DNA of 64,000 nucleotides from Microbotryum violaceum (Eukaryota). The translations under genes and the position numbers were made by a program. Position 1 is the first letter of the stretch, and every line of letters starts with the position of its first letter. The notes under the pieces were generated by a model. That model saw only the letters and a program-made list of their open reading frames with translations, ran no database searches and was not told the DNA's origin. Below are positions 1-13,300 of the stretch, piece after piece. The stretch is taken from NCBI GenBank assembly GCA_001244265.2, contig CDLV01000014.1:372001-436000 (forward strand), given 5' to 3'.

Positions 1-1179
1 ACGATCACGACATCATCGATGGCTTTGGCTCGTACGACGACGCGACGCAAGCGTGCCCCATTTTCAGCACGATTGGTGCGCGAGGCATGTTTTGGTTCTT
101 GCTCTTCCAGCAGTTCATCGTCGACGAAATTGATGGGCTGCCGACGACGTTTGGTCAGCACCCGTCGAAGAGCACCATCATTGGAGGTCCGGGAGCTTGG
201 ATCCCTACCCCTTCACATTCATTCTTGAGCTACTTGGGTCCCCAGGTCTACATTTGCTTGCTCGACTGTCGCTCCGAGAGGAAGAAGGACCAGATCTGTT
301 CGAGGCTGACGTACGATCGCGTGTTTGCCGAGTTGAGGGCGCTGCCGGATGAGGTGGATCATCTGGTCATGCTGCTTGGTCAGTCGATTCACACGGATTC
401 TTTGGCACCGCGTGTCCGTGGCTGACCGCGACTCTGCCTTTGTATCCTCAAACAGGTGTGCCAATTCTCTACCCGCGTATGGGCTTGATCGAAAAGACGC
501 TCGAGTCCAAATGGAACCCGATGACCCTGGCCGCCAAGATGGGCCTGATGCCGAGCGCGGTCAACAAGTTCAACAAGGACGCCGAGTTGCTCGACGACTT
601 GAACGATCATTGGTGCGCGTCGCTGCACAAGACCGAACGCAACTGGTTCATCGAGGTGAGCGCTCATTCATTCCGAATACGTCTCCCCGCGAGAGAAACT
701 GACCATTTCGCGATTGTTTCGGCGTTGCACAGGAACTGCAAAAAATCCAACTCGACCGTCGGATGCGAGTGACGTTCCTCTCTGGTGACGTGCACGCGAC
801 GTGCGTGTCCAAGCTCTTCACGCACAGCAAGAAGATCGAACCCCGTGTTGATCCACGCTACATGCTTCAGATCGTCTCCTCGGCGATCGTCAATACCCCT
901 CCTCCTCCACCCGTCATTACGATGGTTAGCACCTTTGGGAAGAAGAAGCACAAGACCCTGCATCACGCCGACACGGACGAGGAATTGATCCCGATCTTTG
1001 AGACCGATACGGACGATTCCAAGTTGAAGCAGAACACGGTGATGGGGAGACGTAATTACGTTTTGGTCGACCATCATCTCGAGAGCGGGGAGTTGGGGTG
1101 GTTGATCCAGGTGGAGGTTAAGCAGGGGTCCGGTACGACCAAGGCTTATGGAATTCAGGCACCGCCGCCGGGTTGGTGA
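1..1179 (+). CDS. PhoD-like metallophosphatase (fungal type), 3' part only, spliced
   Basis: Spliced ORF pieces give DCRSERKKDQ, HLVMLLG|VPILYPR, ELLDDLNDHW, RVTFLSGDVH and QIVSSAIVN, motifs of fungal PhoD-like proteins; stop TGA at 1177-1179; the 5' end is outside the window. Confidence 0.75.
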
Positions 1180-1948
1180 TCGGAAGACGAAGGGAGTGGG
1201 AAAAGCGTAACTTTGTCACTTTGGGAAGAGAGGTGTTACCCAGCACGGATTCTGTTGTCACTCCTGCGGGAGCTGGAAGTCTGTTTCTTGTCGTGCTTGG
1301 CCTTTTACCTGGACCTTGGTTATTATGTTCTGTTACCACCTGGTTTTACACCTTCCTCTCCCCTCAAACCCAAAGATAGGGGCTCGCTCCTCGATGTGCT
1401 CGCTCGGACCTGCAACCCAAAGTGGACAATCGAAAATGTTATTCCAATCCCAAAAGCTCCTGAGAACTTTTGGCTAATTCGATGGATCGGGCTGGTCATG
1501 ACACTTTATTCCACAATTCGTGAGCACCCAGAGTGCTAGGCGGGGTCGCTTTGCCGGAAGCGAGCAAGTTAAGCCGAGATCGCGTTGGCGTATGTGCCTC
1601 GAGGCGGCTGGGAAAGGTCGACTTCGCAGCCGAGGGCGTCACGAGGCTCTGCTGGCTTGCTTCACTTGTCGTCACTTGCTCGCGGGAACGGTTCTCCCCG
1701 CCCCTCCCACACACTTACGAGGCAACCGAGGCCAAGGACAGGCTTTTGATCCACAGGACAATCTTCGTGGACTCGGTACATCGTAGCACATCTTCGACAG
1801 ACCGCTTGTCCCGCTCGCGAGGACCCGTCACCCGTTCGCCAACCACCAGCACCAGCCGAGCTTTCACCACTCGAAGCCTTTCGGGACACTTGCTCCGATC
1901 TGTTCCTTTTTGCTCTCCTACCTCAATACCTCAACTAGTGGTCAAAAG

Positions 1949-4062
1949 ATGACCTCCCTCATCTCGGCGGTGAACTGGATCCCGCGCGGTGCCGCAGCGC
2001 AACACCCTTCGAAATACGTTGTCGATGAAGCCGAATTGGCGAGGGTCGAGAAATTGGCGAGGGTGAGGTTGGACGAGGCGCAGATGGAGTTGGAATTGGC
2101 GAGAGCAACGGAGGAGGAGAATAGGGAGGATGGTGGGGGGGATGATGATGAGGAGGAGGAGGCGGAAGGGGAAGGGGAAGGGGTTGGATGGGAGGAGTGA
2201 GTTTCCTCGTGCAAGGTCAAGCATCGAAGCGGTGCGGTCGATCTGACTCGTGTTGCGTGGTCCGCTCGCAGTGAAAAGGCCGACGACGAAGAGATGAAAG
2301 TAGATGGCGAAGACGACGAGGACATGGAGGACGCGGCGACGGCGAATGCCTTGGCTATGGCCAAGTCCGTCAAGGAGTCCGCTCAGGCAGGGAACAATGA
2401 TTTGACCGCTTACGATCTCGACAACTACGACGAGGAAGAGTCCAAGGGATCAGGTTTGTCGGGCGAGGTATTAAAATGCTTTGTTGAGACGTAAGCTGAA
2501 AAAATGGTCCGTTTGCACAGCGATGGGCGCTTTCAGCAACATCAAGGGGCTCAGCTTCTACGGCGACGACAAGGAGGACCCCTTCGTCACACTCGATGCG
2601 GTGAGCACAGCAAAACGTTGTTTGATTACAGGGGACAACCGACTGAATATGATCGCTTGCTTCACTTACAGAAACAAGAGGACGAGGAATTGGAACGGGA
2701 AGAGCTCGAAATCTTCCCGACCGACAATCTTCTCGTCGTAGCCAAGACCGAAGACGATGTCTCCCAACTCGAGGTCTACGTCTATGACGAGAGCGAGGAG
2801 AACCTATACGTCCACCACGATCTGCTACTACCAGCGATGCCGCTGTGCCTCGAATGGCTCGACTTTTGCCCTGGACGATCATCGGAAGACAAGGGCAACT
2901 TTATTGCTGTTGGCACACTCGACCCCGAAATTGAGATCTGGTCGCTCGACGTCGTCGATGGTCTTTACCCCGATGCGATCCTAGGCCCCCCTCCCAAGGA
3001 TGCGACCGCCCTCCCCGCTTCCCTCGCCGAAGCCACACCCGTCGCGACTATCGGTGCAGGTGGGAAGAAGAAGAAAAAGAAGCCCCAAAAGCCCAAGGTT
3101 GTTGCCAATGCCGAATACCACGTCGATTCAATCCTTTCCCTGACATGGAACCGTTCGCATCGCAACTTGCTCGCTTCGTCTTCGGCCGACAAGACGATCA
3201 AACTTTGGGACTTGTCCAGACCTACTTCGTCGCCGGCTTTGAGGTCATTTGATACGTTGCATGGGGACAAGATCCAGGCTGTTCAATGGAACCCCAAGGA
3301 ACCGACCGTGCTTCTTTCCGGTGCATGGGACGGGACGGTCCGAGTATTTGATACCCGAGCACCTGATTCTTCAGTCGGGACAAAAGTCATGTCCGACGTC
3401 GAATGCCTCCGATGGGACCCCTGGGAACCCGCCGGATTCCTCGTCTCGATGGAAAATGGTCTCGTCCAAGCTTACGATTCCAGGATGTTGGGCACGAAGA
3501 AAGAACCCAAAGAGGGGAAGGCGTTGTGGACTCTATCGGCGCATGATTCGAGTGTCTCGAGTTTGGACATCAACACCCATATCAAGGGGTGCATCGTCAC
3601 CGGTGGGACGGATAATATGGTCAAGCTTTGGAATGTTGGGGAAGAGGATGGAGGAAAGAGGAATATCAGTTTGGTCACGGCGAGAGATTTGGGAGTGGTC
3701 AGTCATGGTTTGAGAAAAAGGGCCATTTGTGCGGCTTTTGTGCTCACCCTCTCTCGCGACGCTTCTGACGATAGGGCAAAGTCTTTTCAGCTTCCTTCTG
3801 TCCCGACGACGCGACGACTCTCGCCGTCGCTGGATCGAAAGCCAACTTGCAGATCTGGGATACGTCGACGTGAGTCCCCTCGAGCTCACCTCGAGGACAT
3901 CTCTAAACCCACTAACACTACCTTTGCCATAAACTGTGCAGCAACCCCGGTGTGCGCACCGTTTTCGGAGATCGCCTCAAGGCCCTCGGCAAATCGCTCG
4001 AAAAGAGTGGCCCCGGGATCGTCGCGTTGGCCGATGATGATGAGCAGAGTGAAGAGGAATGA
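1949..4062 (+). CDS. PWP1: Periodic tryptophan protein 1 (WD40 ribosome-biogenesis factor), multi-exon
   Basis: N-terminal MTSLISAVNWIPRGAA; acidic region; LEVYVYDESEENLYVHHDLLLPAMPLCLEW; IAVGTLDPEIEIWSLD; WD repeats; last exon NPGVRTVFGDRL...EEE* ends at 4062. Confidence 0.92.
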
Positions 4063-4970
4063 TCGGGGTGTTACTCTTCTTAGAGAAGGCAATGTCATAG
4101 ATAATATTTTTGGACATGGGACACGCACCGACGTGGTGCTACGGGCCAGCTTGAAAGGTTTGAGGGGCGGCCTCCGATGAGCGCTTGAAGTGATGCTTGT
4201 CATGGGAGAGGAGCCCCATGCGCGGCTCGCAGATGGTTTTCATTGTGAGAAGCAACTCGAACGCGAGCCAAGCCTTCCGCCAGCTCCGCCGGCGGCCAGA
4301 AGCGGCTCCGATGGCTCCGCCAGCTTTTGGGATCTGTCGGCAGGTTGTTGGATGAGCATTCAAACTGTAAAATTCGCAGAACCTAATTTGAATTCGAACA
4401 GGCACGCCCAGATCTAGGTTGCAATTGGGTGAGAAAACAACGTTTTCGAGCGCGTGTGCAGGTTCAGCATCTCGTTCGGTGAAGTTTTTATTTACAACAG
4501 GGGTGCAAAAATTCATCCTGATGCAGTCTTTTGTGTCATCGTAGGACTCACGCTGTCATTGAACTGCCGGGAACGCGGCGATGAACACGTTGTGAATTTC
4601 CGGGCCTGTAGCGGCGCCCGACGAATCGAGCCCAACTCGGCTCCCTTGATCCCTTGATCAAATCCCTTCAAGGTCGACTCGGAGTCGTCGGCCCACTGGA
4701 CTGCTTCTGTTGATTATCCCCACACCTTTTTCGACGACACGACGTCCACGCCGACTTGGCTCCGACTTCGTCTTCCTCAACAGGACAACCTTTTTTTTCC
4801 TGCCAGCTGCTGCTGGACGTCGGATTGGTTCCCACGTCGTCGTCTCGTCGTCACTTTCGGTGCCCAGCCCCCCCCCCGCCAGCAACTCCGAGTCCACGCG
4901 TCGCGTCAAGGCGGGACTGCATTACGGGCGGCCTCCAAGCCAGCAGCTGGAGCGTCGAGCCCGAGAAGCA

Positions 4971-7900
4971 ATGTTGCTCTACGATGAAGACTACGACGAC
5001 GACAGTCTACCTGCTCCGAATACGAATACGTCTGCTTTCCCCGCCCGTGTGCCTTCGCCTGCGTTGTCGACCGCGTCCTCGTCCGGCAAGAGTGGTCGTA
5101 GCACCAGAAGTGGAGCGCCGTCGAGGCCGCCGAGGTCGTTGCTCCGTTCGCCGGTGATCGGGGCCGCACAGTCCCCTTTGGCCACTCCGCCCGCCGTCTT
5201 CTCCTCCACCTCGAGCCTGGCCTCTTCACCTTACCTCCAGTCTCCGGCTTTGTTTGGTGCGACCGCGTCCCCTGCTCCTTCAACGGCAAGTCCCAGCCTG
5301 CTCCAACCGGGTGCTCGCGGCGCCGGCGTTAACAGCAGCCGCGCCGGCAACTTGTTCTCCTCCCAATCGAGCCTCGGCGCCGGCGTCAACCGCCAGCCGC
5401 CCGTTTCGGCGCCATCTTCATCGGCGGTCTCGCTGCAAGCCTCGACGTCGCAACATCCCATCAATCCGGAGAATTCGTGCGATCGACTGGCAACCGAACT
5501 CTACTCGGACGCGTCAATCCCGCCTAGCTCCGCGTACGAGGTGGAGCGGTATCATCGCACGACCGAACCTCTCAGACTAGACCCGTCTCGTCAGTCGAGC
5601 CACACTTCGCCAAAAATACACGACGACGAAGGGCGCAACGAAGCGAGTTCGGCGACGACTCTAAAGGGGAATATGTTTCCAGCATCAAGGCATACTCAGC
5701 CTTCGTCGCCTCCCCCGGATATGTCTTCCTCGAGTTCGCAACGAGCGATTGCGCCCAGTACTTCGACCATTACCACTTTCCCATCTAGACCCATCTCGCC
5801 GTCGTCCTCGCTGCGGTTGTCACAGGAAGGAGGGCCAAGTTCGCTTTCGAGGAAGAATTCAACCGCGCAGAGCAGGGGCAGGGATTCGCCGTCGTTGATG
5901 CGCATCTCCAACTCGACACAGCGTGAGTCTATGATCCTGTGATTGGTTCGGGGAGATTGCACTCGCGTAGACAGGACTAATCTCGTTCACCGCTGTAGAC
6001 ATGCGCGATCTGGCCAAAGGGAAACGAACCCGGAGAGACGGAAGTCAGACTTCGCAATCGATCGGGAGTAGGAATAGGAACAGCGTAATCAGTCTGGCGA
6101 GTGTTATGTCCAGTACCGGTAATTCGATATATGAGGACGCTATTGAGGGGGATTGGACATCGGTCGATGACGGGGAGAGGTCGGGAGAAGAAGACGATAG
6201 CGAGGATCAGGCGGGGGATGAAACAGCGCAGGCGATTCCAGAAGGTGGGGGAGGGGGTGCGAAAACGTAGACGCCTGTAGGCAGGTCGATGGCGCTAACG
6301 TGTAGGTGTTGTCGCCTTCCCACAGACGCCAACTTGGGCATCGGACAGGCGTCTTCCTCGTCGATGCCTACGGCCGCCGCCTCGATGGATCACCCAGCGA
6401 CTCTGAATCAGTTCTCACCCATTTTGAGCGCGAGCTTCGACATCGCTTCGATCAATCCCGACTCTCTGCAACGACGCATCTCATTCGACTCTGCACGTTC
6501 CATGACTGAGCGTCGAGCGAGTCTCCATGCGGGTTATGGCTCCTCGCTCACCTCGAGCCAGTCCAAACGAGTTTCCCTCACCCAACCGGGTCCGACCGTC
6601 ATCCCGCTTCGCCGGTATTCGGGTGCTTTTAACCCACGGTCGTCGACGCCGGATTTTGGCTCTTCGAAAGGCTCCAATGCATCCGATCATGATCACTCGA
6701 ACACCCTCGAACCGACCCTCAGCCCTCGACGCGCCTCTTTCCTCCCCAAGCCGCTCGTTTTGACCCCTGCTCGAACGCTCGTGGCGCCATTGACGACGAC
6801 GAGCAGCGCGAACGTCGCGAGAAGAGGCTCAATCTCCCCTACCCTTGGGTCTTCGAACGATTGGAGACGATCGACCGATTTCTACAACCTCAATGGGGCA
6901 GTGTCACATTCTCGTCGCTCGAGCTCCGATGTCGACGGCCCGGTTCTATCAACTAGTCGACGCCAGTCCACGATCGGCTACGTGGGACCGCAACGAGACA
7001 GCATCGTCTCGGCCGGTGGCAGCAGTCAGCAAACTCACCTGAGTCAGACAGGCAGCTCGGGCGGTGGCGGTGGCGGTGCGTACGGTCAAAAGTGGACGGA
7101 GCGACGGAAACGTAGCGTCAGTGAGGACACGGGTCAAACTCGTACGAGCGAGAGCTTCGGTATCGAGGGACGACAACCCACCTCGGGCGAAAGTCCAGAT
7201 TCAAGCGTCAGCGGGTGGAGTGAGGAGCGTGCGACTGGACCTGATGCTACACCTAGTGGACTGGCGGAGGCGAAGAGTGGCTCGGGCGATCGCGGCAGCC
7301 CTTCGTTGACCGACAAGGAGTGGGAGCATGAGCTCGTACGAAGAGGGACTACGTCTTTGGATGTCGTTCCTGAGAGTGCGGATATCAGCATGGTCAAGAA
7401 CAAGCAGAGATCCCGCGATGCGCAGCACATAATTCCGGTGACGCCTTCGATTGAGCTGTCGCAAGCCTCGCCTGTCCGAGGCGAGTCTGGACTGGGCATC
7501 ACTCGCTATTTGAATGAGAACGACAACGAGGAGGTCAATCTCTTGTCGTTGCCGAACAACCGCGACATTGAGACCGAGTTTCCGACACCACCACCGACCA
7601 TCCCTTTGCCCGGTTTGCCTCGTAGCGCTTCCCAAATCGCGATAGAAGAAGCCGTGCCCAGACCGCCTCGCAAGGACAGTTACAATGCTGGATATCGTGG
7701 GCTGAGTATTTATGACGAGAACTGGGACGGTTCGATCGTCATCCCCTCCACTCCGAGCACCATCGGGGCCGGCACACCGTCACCGGCCAACTCGCCTCTG
7801 ATCGCTCTGTCGCCGCAAAGTCAACCGAACGGCTTCTTCTCCCGAGGTCGTGAGGCCACAGCCGTTGGTATGAGCCCGACTGAAGCTGCAGCGGTGAACC

Positions 7901-9849
7901 GCGCGAGTCATCATAGCGGCCACTCGACCATCAAGAACTCCGCGGCTCCCGGGAACCAGCAGTCTCTGACGTCGGGTGCTAGGATGCGCAAACCCATCTC
8001 GATCGGGTCCACGAAGCCTGGAGAGCAGACCGTGGCAAAGCGCTTGTCGATGTCGTTCTCGCGGAAAGGAAAGGATGCGGTAACGGCGGCGTCAGAGTTG
8101 ACAAAAGACGGCACTTTGGCTGCTCAGGACAGACTCGCCCGCCAACACTCTGCGAACATCCTGAAGAAGCAGAGCTCGCGCGGCAGCTTTGACCCGTCCC
8201 CCACGCCGCGCAAGTCGTCGGGTGCAGGATCGGCGATCTGGCCACCTCCCAATGATGGTTACACACGCACGATTCATGCCGGACCTCGCATGACCCATTC
8301 TTCGATCTCGTCGGAAGAGGACAGTCCTGTGCTGAGTGGTGGAGAAATGGCCTCGCCCCAACCGAACAACTGGGGTACGCGCGAGCGCACATCGAGGCGA
8401 CCTTCCGCATCCGTATCGACAACGACGACGTACAAATCCTCAAATGCAACGGGCTCGTCTCGACGTCGTTCGATCATGCTCGAACCTCGCGATCCTCGTA
8501 CACGCAATCTCTCTGGCCCAGAGGATTTCTTCGAGGTCTTGATGTCGTCGGAACCGGGTGCGGGTGACTCTCATGCAGGGTTTCTGGCCGCGTCAGCGCG
8601 AGAACGACAGAGCCCTGGCGAGCTGGGAAGCCGGTGGAGCTACTATTCGAACGGGACAGCTGGATCGTCGGGTACGCCTGGCTCTTCGGCAGGTCATGTT
8701 TTCCCGACTGGCCCTTCGAGCAGCCACACTTCACCCGTGTTGCAGCAGCGACCACTTCCGACGCCAGTCGAGGCGAACAAGAAGCGCCCCATCTCTCGAT
8801 TCCTTACCGGCTTCACTCGCAAGGGCTCGAAAGCACCACGGTCGAGTGCGCAGTCCTCTGGCGACTCTACGCGAGCTCGAGGCCCCATCTTGATCCCTCC
8901 AACGAATGGGTTCTCGCAACCTCCACGCCCGAGTTCGGCGGCCAAAAAGCCGATCTTCATTGCTCCTCGAGCGTCGACGAGCGCTTGCGATCATTCGCCC
9001 CTACCAACGATCTGCACCGAGGCCCCTCCGAGTCCTCCGATGCGTTCTCTCCCCACGCCAAACCTCGATTACAACCCACCGCCGATCGCCCCTTCGGCAC
9101 TGGATGCGCGTCGACCACTGAGCACGATCGATTCTCGTCCCGAATCGCTCGCATCTGGGGCACTCACGCCTTCACCTTCGGCGCAGCATATCCCTGCGTT
9201 CCTGTCGGTCTCGCCGTTGTTCAAAGATGTCGAATTTGCTTCGACAGTTTCGAAGAGAAATGAACTTCCTCCTCTACCGAGAAAAGCGTCGGATCGTGCG
9301 GAGCAGCCGTACGATCCTGAACCCTATGCTGAAGAGATCCGCCTATCACCTGCGACCCCCTCTGCCAAAAGCTCCATGGACGACCTCCGAGGTACGCCGC
9401 GCAACTTTGTCTTACCTCCTGGGCTAGCCCAGCCTCTCCCAGCGGGAGCGGTCGCCGCTATCGCTTCGTTCAGCGGTCGGCAAGGCAAGGGTGATTCATC
9501 TCTTAGATCACCTCCCGCTCCTCTAGACATTGAATCGAGCCTTTCTATCAGCCCGACCTCGTCCCGTTTTTCGCCTAACTCCACAAGCCCATCAGACCCC
9601 TCCCGATCACCCGTCATGAATTCCCTAACAGTGCACGACAATCGCTCCCGCGGGTCTTCGGTCGGCGCGTCAAGTTCTTATTCGAGGACTTCGAACGCGA
9701 CGACGAATAAGGCTCGTGCGAGTCGGAGAGGTCAACAGGGGATCAATCAAGGCACCGAGGATCAAGATGAGTACGAGGGATATCACGAGGTGCGACAGAG
9801 GCCCATTGGGGTGAGGGATGTGTTTAGGACGCAATTGTTGGAACGATGA
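4971..9849 (+). CDS. Large Ser/Pro-rich low-complexity protein of unknown function (about 1500+ aa, at least 3 exons)
   Basis: ATG at 4971; ORFs 4710-5942, 6001-6270 and 6289-9849 are joined by GT-AG introns (gtgagt...ctgtag; gtgggg...cacag); no domain recognised; the exact 3' end is uncertain. Confidence 0.7.
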
Positions 9850-10306
9850 GGCGAGTTCATCATTGGGATGCGCGCATTCGTGCAGGGGGCTCATCAGCGG
9901 CTGATTTGCTGGCCTCCGTTCATCATCAGCTCCATTTCGTCTTTCGAGAAGTGATTCAGTCCTTGGCACAATTTTATTATTATTATTTTGGAGGAATTTT
10001 CGTCCTTATCTTGGTGATAGGAAGTCCGCATATGCTTGTACAATTCTCTGGGAAGCAGTGATAGGAAAGGACGACGTCCCTAATCGGAAACCAAGACTCT
10101 TCACCGCGCCACCAAACGGGGACCGAGAGCAGTACTGCGAAAATTTTGTAGCATTTCCAATCTTACGAGAGTCCGAGGAGAAAACATGACTGACAGAAAA
10201 AGAGACAAAAGAAGAAACATAAAGGGATCGAGTCACTCTCCGAGAATCGCCAAGCTAGAGGACATAATTTTGAAGCATCGTCGCACTGTTACCTGGGACC
10301 CACACC

Positions 10307-12617
10307 TCAAATCCCACCAAACCGTTCTCCGACGACGATATTCTCGATCTCCTTGATCCTCTCCTCGGCCGAAACACTGGCGTTACTGGCGGCAGACAAG
10401 ACGGCTTTGAGGGACGCAGCCGTGACATCGACGTCGATCCCGACACCCCAGCAGGCCCTGCCCCTTCCATCGATCAATTCAACATAGGCAGCAGCCTTGG
10501 TTTCTTGACCTGTACCGATGGCATGTTCCGAGTATTCCTTGAGGTTCAGGTTGAGGTCCGTCGACGAGTTGAGCGCATCCATCAAACTCGATACCGGACC
10601 GTTCCCCGATCCTCGAACGGTTTGATCCTTGCCATCGTAATTGAGCACTCCTTCAAACGTTTTCTTGTCCTTCTCTCCCGCGAAATTGTAATCCACAAGG
10701 GTGAACCGACCGTTGTATTCCGATCCGAGGTAGTAAGCGGAACGGAACGATTTCTCAATATCCTCGGGTGTGATCTCCTTGGACGTTCGTTCGGAAAGGG
10801 CTTGGATGACTTGGTAGAAAGCGGGTTGCATGCGTTTGGGGAGGTCGAGTTGGAGACTTCGTTGGACGAGGTAAGCGACACCACCTTTGCCGGATTGGGA
10901 GTTGACGCGGATGACGGCTTCGTACGTCATGCCGATGTCGGCGGGGTCGACGGGCAAGTAAGGGATCGCCCAGGGTTTGGCGGCTTGTTCCTTCTTGCGG
11001 ATTCCGAACCCCTTCTTGATGGCGTCTTGGTGCGATCCGGAGAAGGCGGTAAAGACGAGTTCTCCTGCCCAAGGAGCACGAGGGTGAACGGGGATGTCGT
11101 TGCATTTGGTAACGGTGTCGATCACGCGTTCGAGGTCGGAGAAGTTGAGTTCGGGGTTGATCCCTTGGGTGTAGAGGTTCATCGCCATCGTGACGAGATC
11201 AACGTTACCGGTACGTTCACCATTGCCGAACAGGCAACCCTCGACTCGATCCGCACCGGCCATCAAACCGAGTTCAGATGCGGCGACACCCGTTCCACGA
11301 TCGTTGTGAGTATGGAGCGAGATGATGCAGCAGTCGCGGTCCTTGACGTGGGTGCAAAAGTACTCGATCTGATCGGCGTAATGGTTCGGCGTCGCGACCT
11401 CGACCGTCGCGGGCAAGTTGAAGATGATGGGCAATTCGGACTTCTTGTCCTTGCCTGCGAACCAAGCGTCTTGAACGGCGTTGCAGAGCTCGACCGCGAA
11501 CTCAGGTTCGGTCTGCGAGAAGGCTTCGGGCGAGTACTCGAATTGCCATTCGGTACGATCACCACGGGCCATGGCTTCGTCGACGAGTTGGCGTACGAGC
11601 TTGACGTGCTTGACGGCGAGCGCGACGGTCTGCTCTTTGGTGTTTTGGAAGACTTGGTCGCGGAACATGGGCGCGGCGGCGTTGTACATATGTAGAATCG
11701 CCTTTTTGGCGTCGCGCAGGGATTCGACCGTGCGACGGATCAGCTCTTCACGAGCTGGTGTGAGCACCTGTGGAGGGAGGAGGCGCGGAGAGGCGCGGAG
11801 GTATCGGGCGCAAGTGGGAGAAGACGAAGGCGTAGGGCGCAGGACGTCAGAGAGTGGACAATCAGACGAGGTCAGGGCTGGGACAAAGCACCGCGAGCGA
11901 TTGATGAGAGACGTACCTGGAGCCAAACATCATCGGGCAATTCATCTTTCTCGATCAAGCCTCGGATGAACTGGAACTCGGTCTCGGACGCGGAAGGGAA
12001 GCCTGCCTCGATCTCCTTGAAACCGCACTCGAGCAAAAGTTTGAAGAAGCGGTTCTTTTGGTCGATCGTCATCGGGTTGACCAGGGCCTGATTAGGGGAC
12101 GGGGGAAGGTCGGATCAGTGGGTGGAACTCGACGGTGTTTAGAGTCGTGCGCTTGCTGGCTGCCCGAAGCGGACCCACTGACCTGGTTCCCATCACGGAG
12201 ATCGGACGAGGCCCATCGCGGTGCCTTGGTGATGCGCTTGCTGGGCCATGTTCGGTTCGGCAAGTCGACGGATTTGAAGGGCCTGTTTTGGGGCGGTGGC
12301 AGGTGGCGAAGTGGGGTCAGCTCTGGGTCGAGTCTTCCTTTGAGCGGAAGGAACACGTTGGTTTGGCCGCCGGGGATTTCAGCCGGGGATGCGGAAGAGC
12401 GCCGTGCACGATATGATCACAAAGCGAGCGCTGTCCGAAACGTGTTGAGTGGACAAACTTGCAAGTACTTGGTCGAAGGGTCTTTGAGCCAAGTTGCCTG
12501 GCTCAGCGGAGCGACCGAGGTCGAAAGGGGTCGAGTCGCCAGCACGGCCGCCGCGGATGAAAGATTCGACCGGGACACGATCCTCGACGAGTGAGTCGCA
12601 ACAGTTCGGGACAACAT
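10307..12617 (-). CDS. LEU4: 2-isopropylmalate synthase with mitochondrial presequence
   Basis: LKDPSTKY(L)[77 protein letters not shown], plus a C-terminal regulatory domain; Arg/Ser-rich acid-free N-terminus [16 protein letters not shown]. Confidence 0.96.
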
Positions 12618-12868
12618 GGTGTGTGGGGGTGGACGGAGTGGGGCCTGGGGCGTGGTGGTGCGCGCTGTGGGTGGTGGACCAGAAGGGAGAAGCGGGAGGG
12701 GAGATAAAGTTGCGTTGCCGGTCGGCGGTCGGGGTGCGTGTGGGGTAAAAAACGGCAGAGGAACCGGGAAGAGAAAAAACAGAAAAGGGCGAGGTCGAGC
12801 GCGCCTGCTGTGCTATGCTCGCTGCGTGGAGACGTAAAGTGGGGCTAATCACCGATCAGCTTTCCTTT

Positions 12869-12875
12869 TGACTCA
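12869..12875. promoter_or_regulatory. Gcn4/CpcA (AP-1 type) site TGACTCA upstream of LEU4
   Basis: TTGACTCAT lies about 250 bp upstream of the LEU4 ATG, with a second TGACTC at 12986-12991; fits cross-pathway control of amino-acid biosynthetic genes. Confidence 0.55.
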
Positions 12876-13300
12876 TGCCAGGCCATTTTCAAGCGCCGTC
12901 GGTATTAGCCACGGCGGTAAGACGCGCATATACGATCGAGGCTCTACCGCCGGCTTCCCTCTCGGGCCCTCCGACGGTCCGGGGTTGACTCTTTTTTTCT
13001 CCGCGCTGGAGCTGTTTTTATTTTATTTAATTTTTTTTTGCGCTTTTCTAAAAAATAAATAAAATAAAATAAAAAATAAAGAAAAAGGATAAAAGGACTA
13101 AGTAGCCTGCGAAATTAATGAATACAGCAATTAAGAATAGTACAGAAATAACAGGGTTTTTAGCTGTAATAATCAACGATCAACGATCAACGTTCAACGT
13201 CATCGGCGATTCGTCATTAGTGGCCGAGAGTGCAGAGTATGGGCACCACTTGAATTGCCTCGGACGACACCAGGCTCCCGCTTCAAAAAGGACTCAAGCT

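Noticed and set aside
10505-11695. 396-aa plus-strand ORF
   Set aside because: Antisense shadow of LEU4 caused by codon bias; no motifs
12330-12400. TPP-riboswitch-like ggctgaaatcccc in the LEU4 intron
   Set aside because: Lacks the CUGAGA and downstream conserved aptamer core, and the gene is unrelated to thiamine
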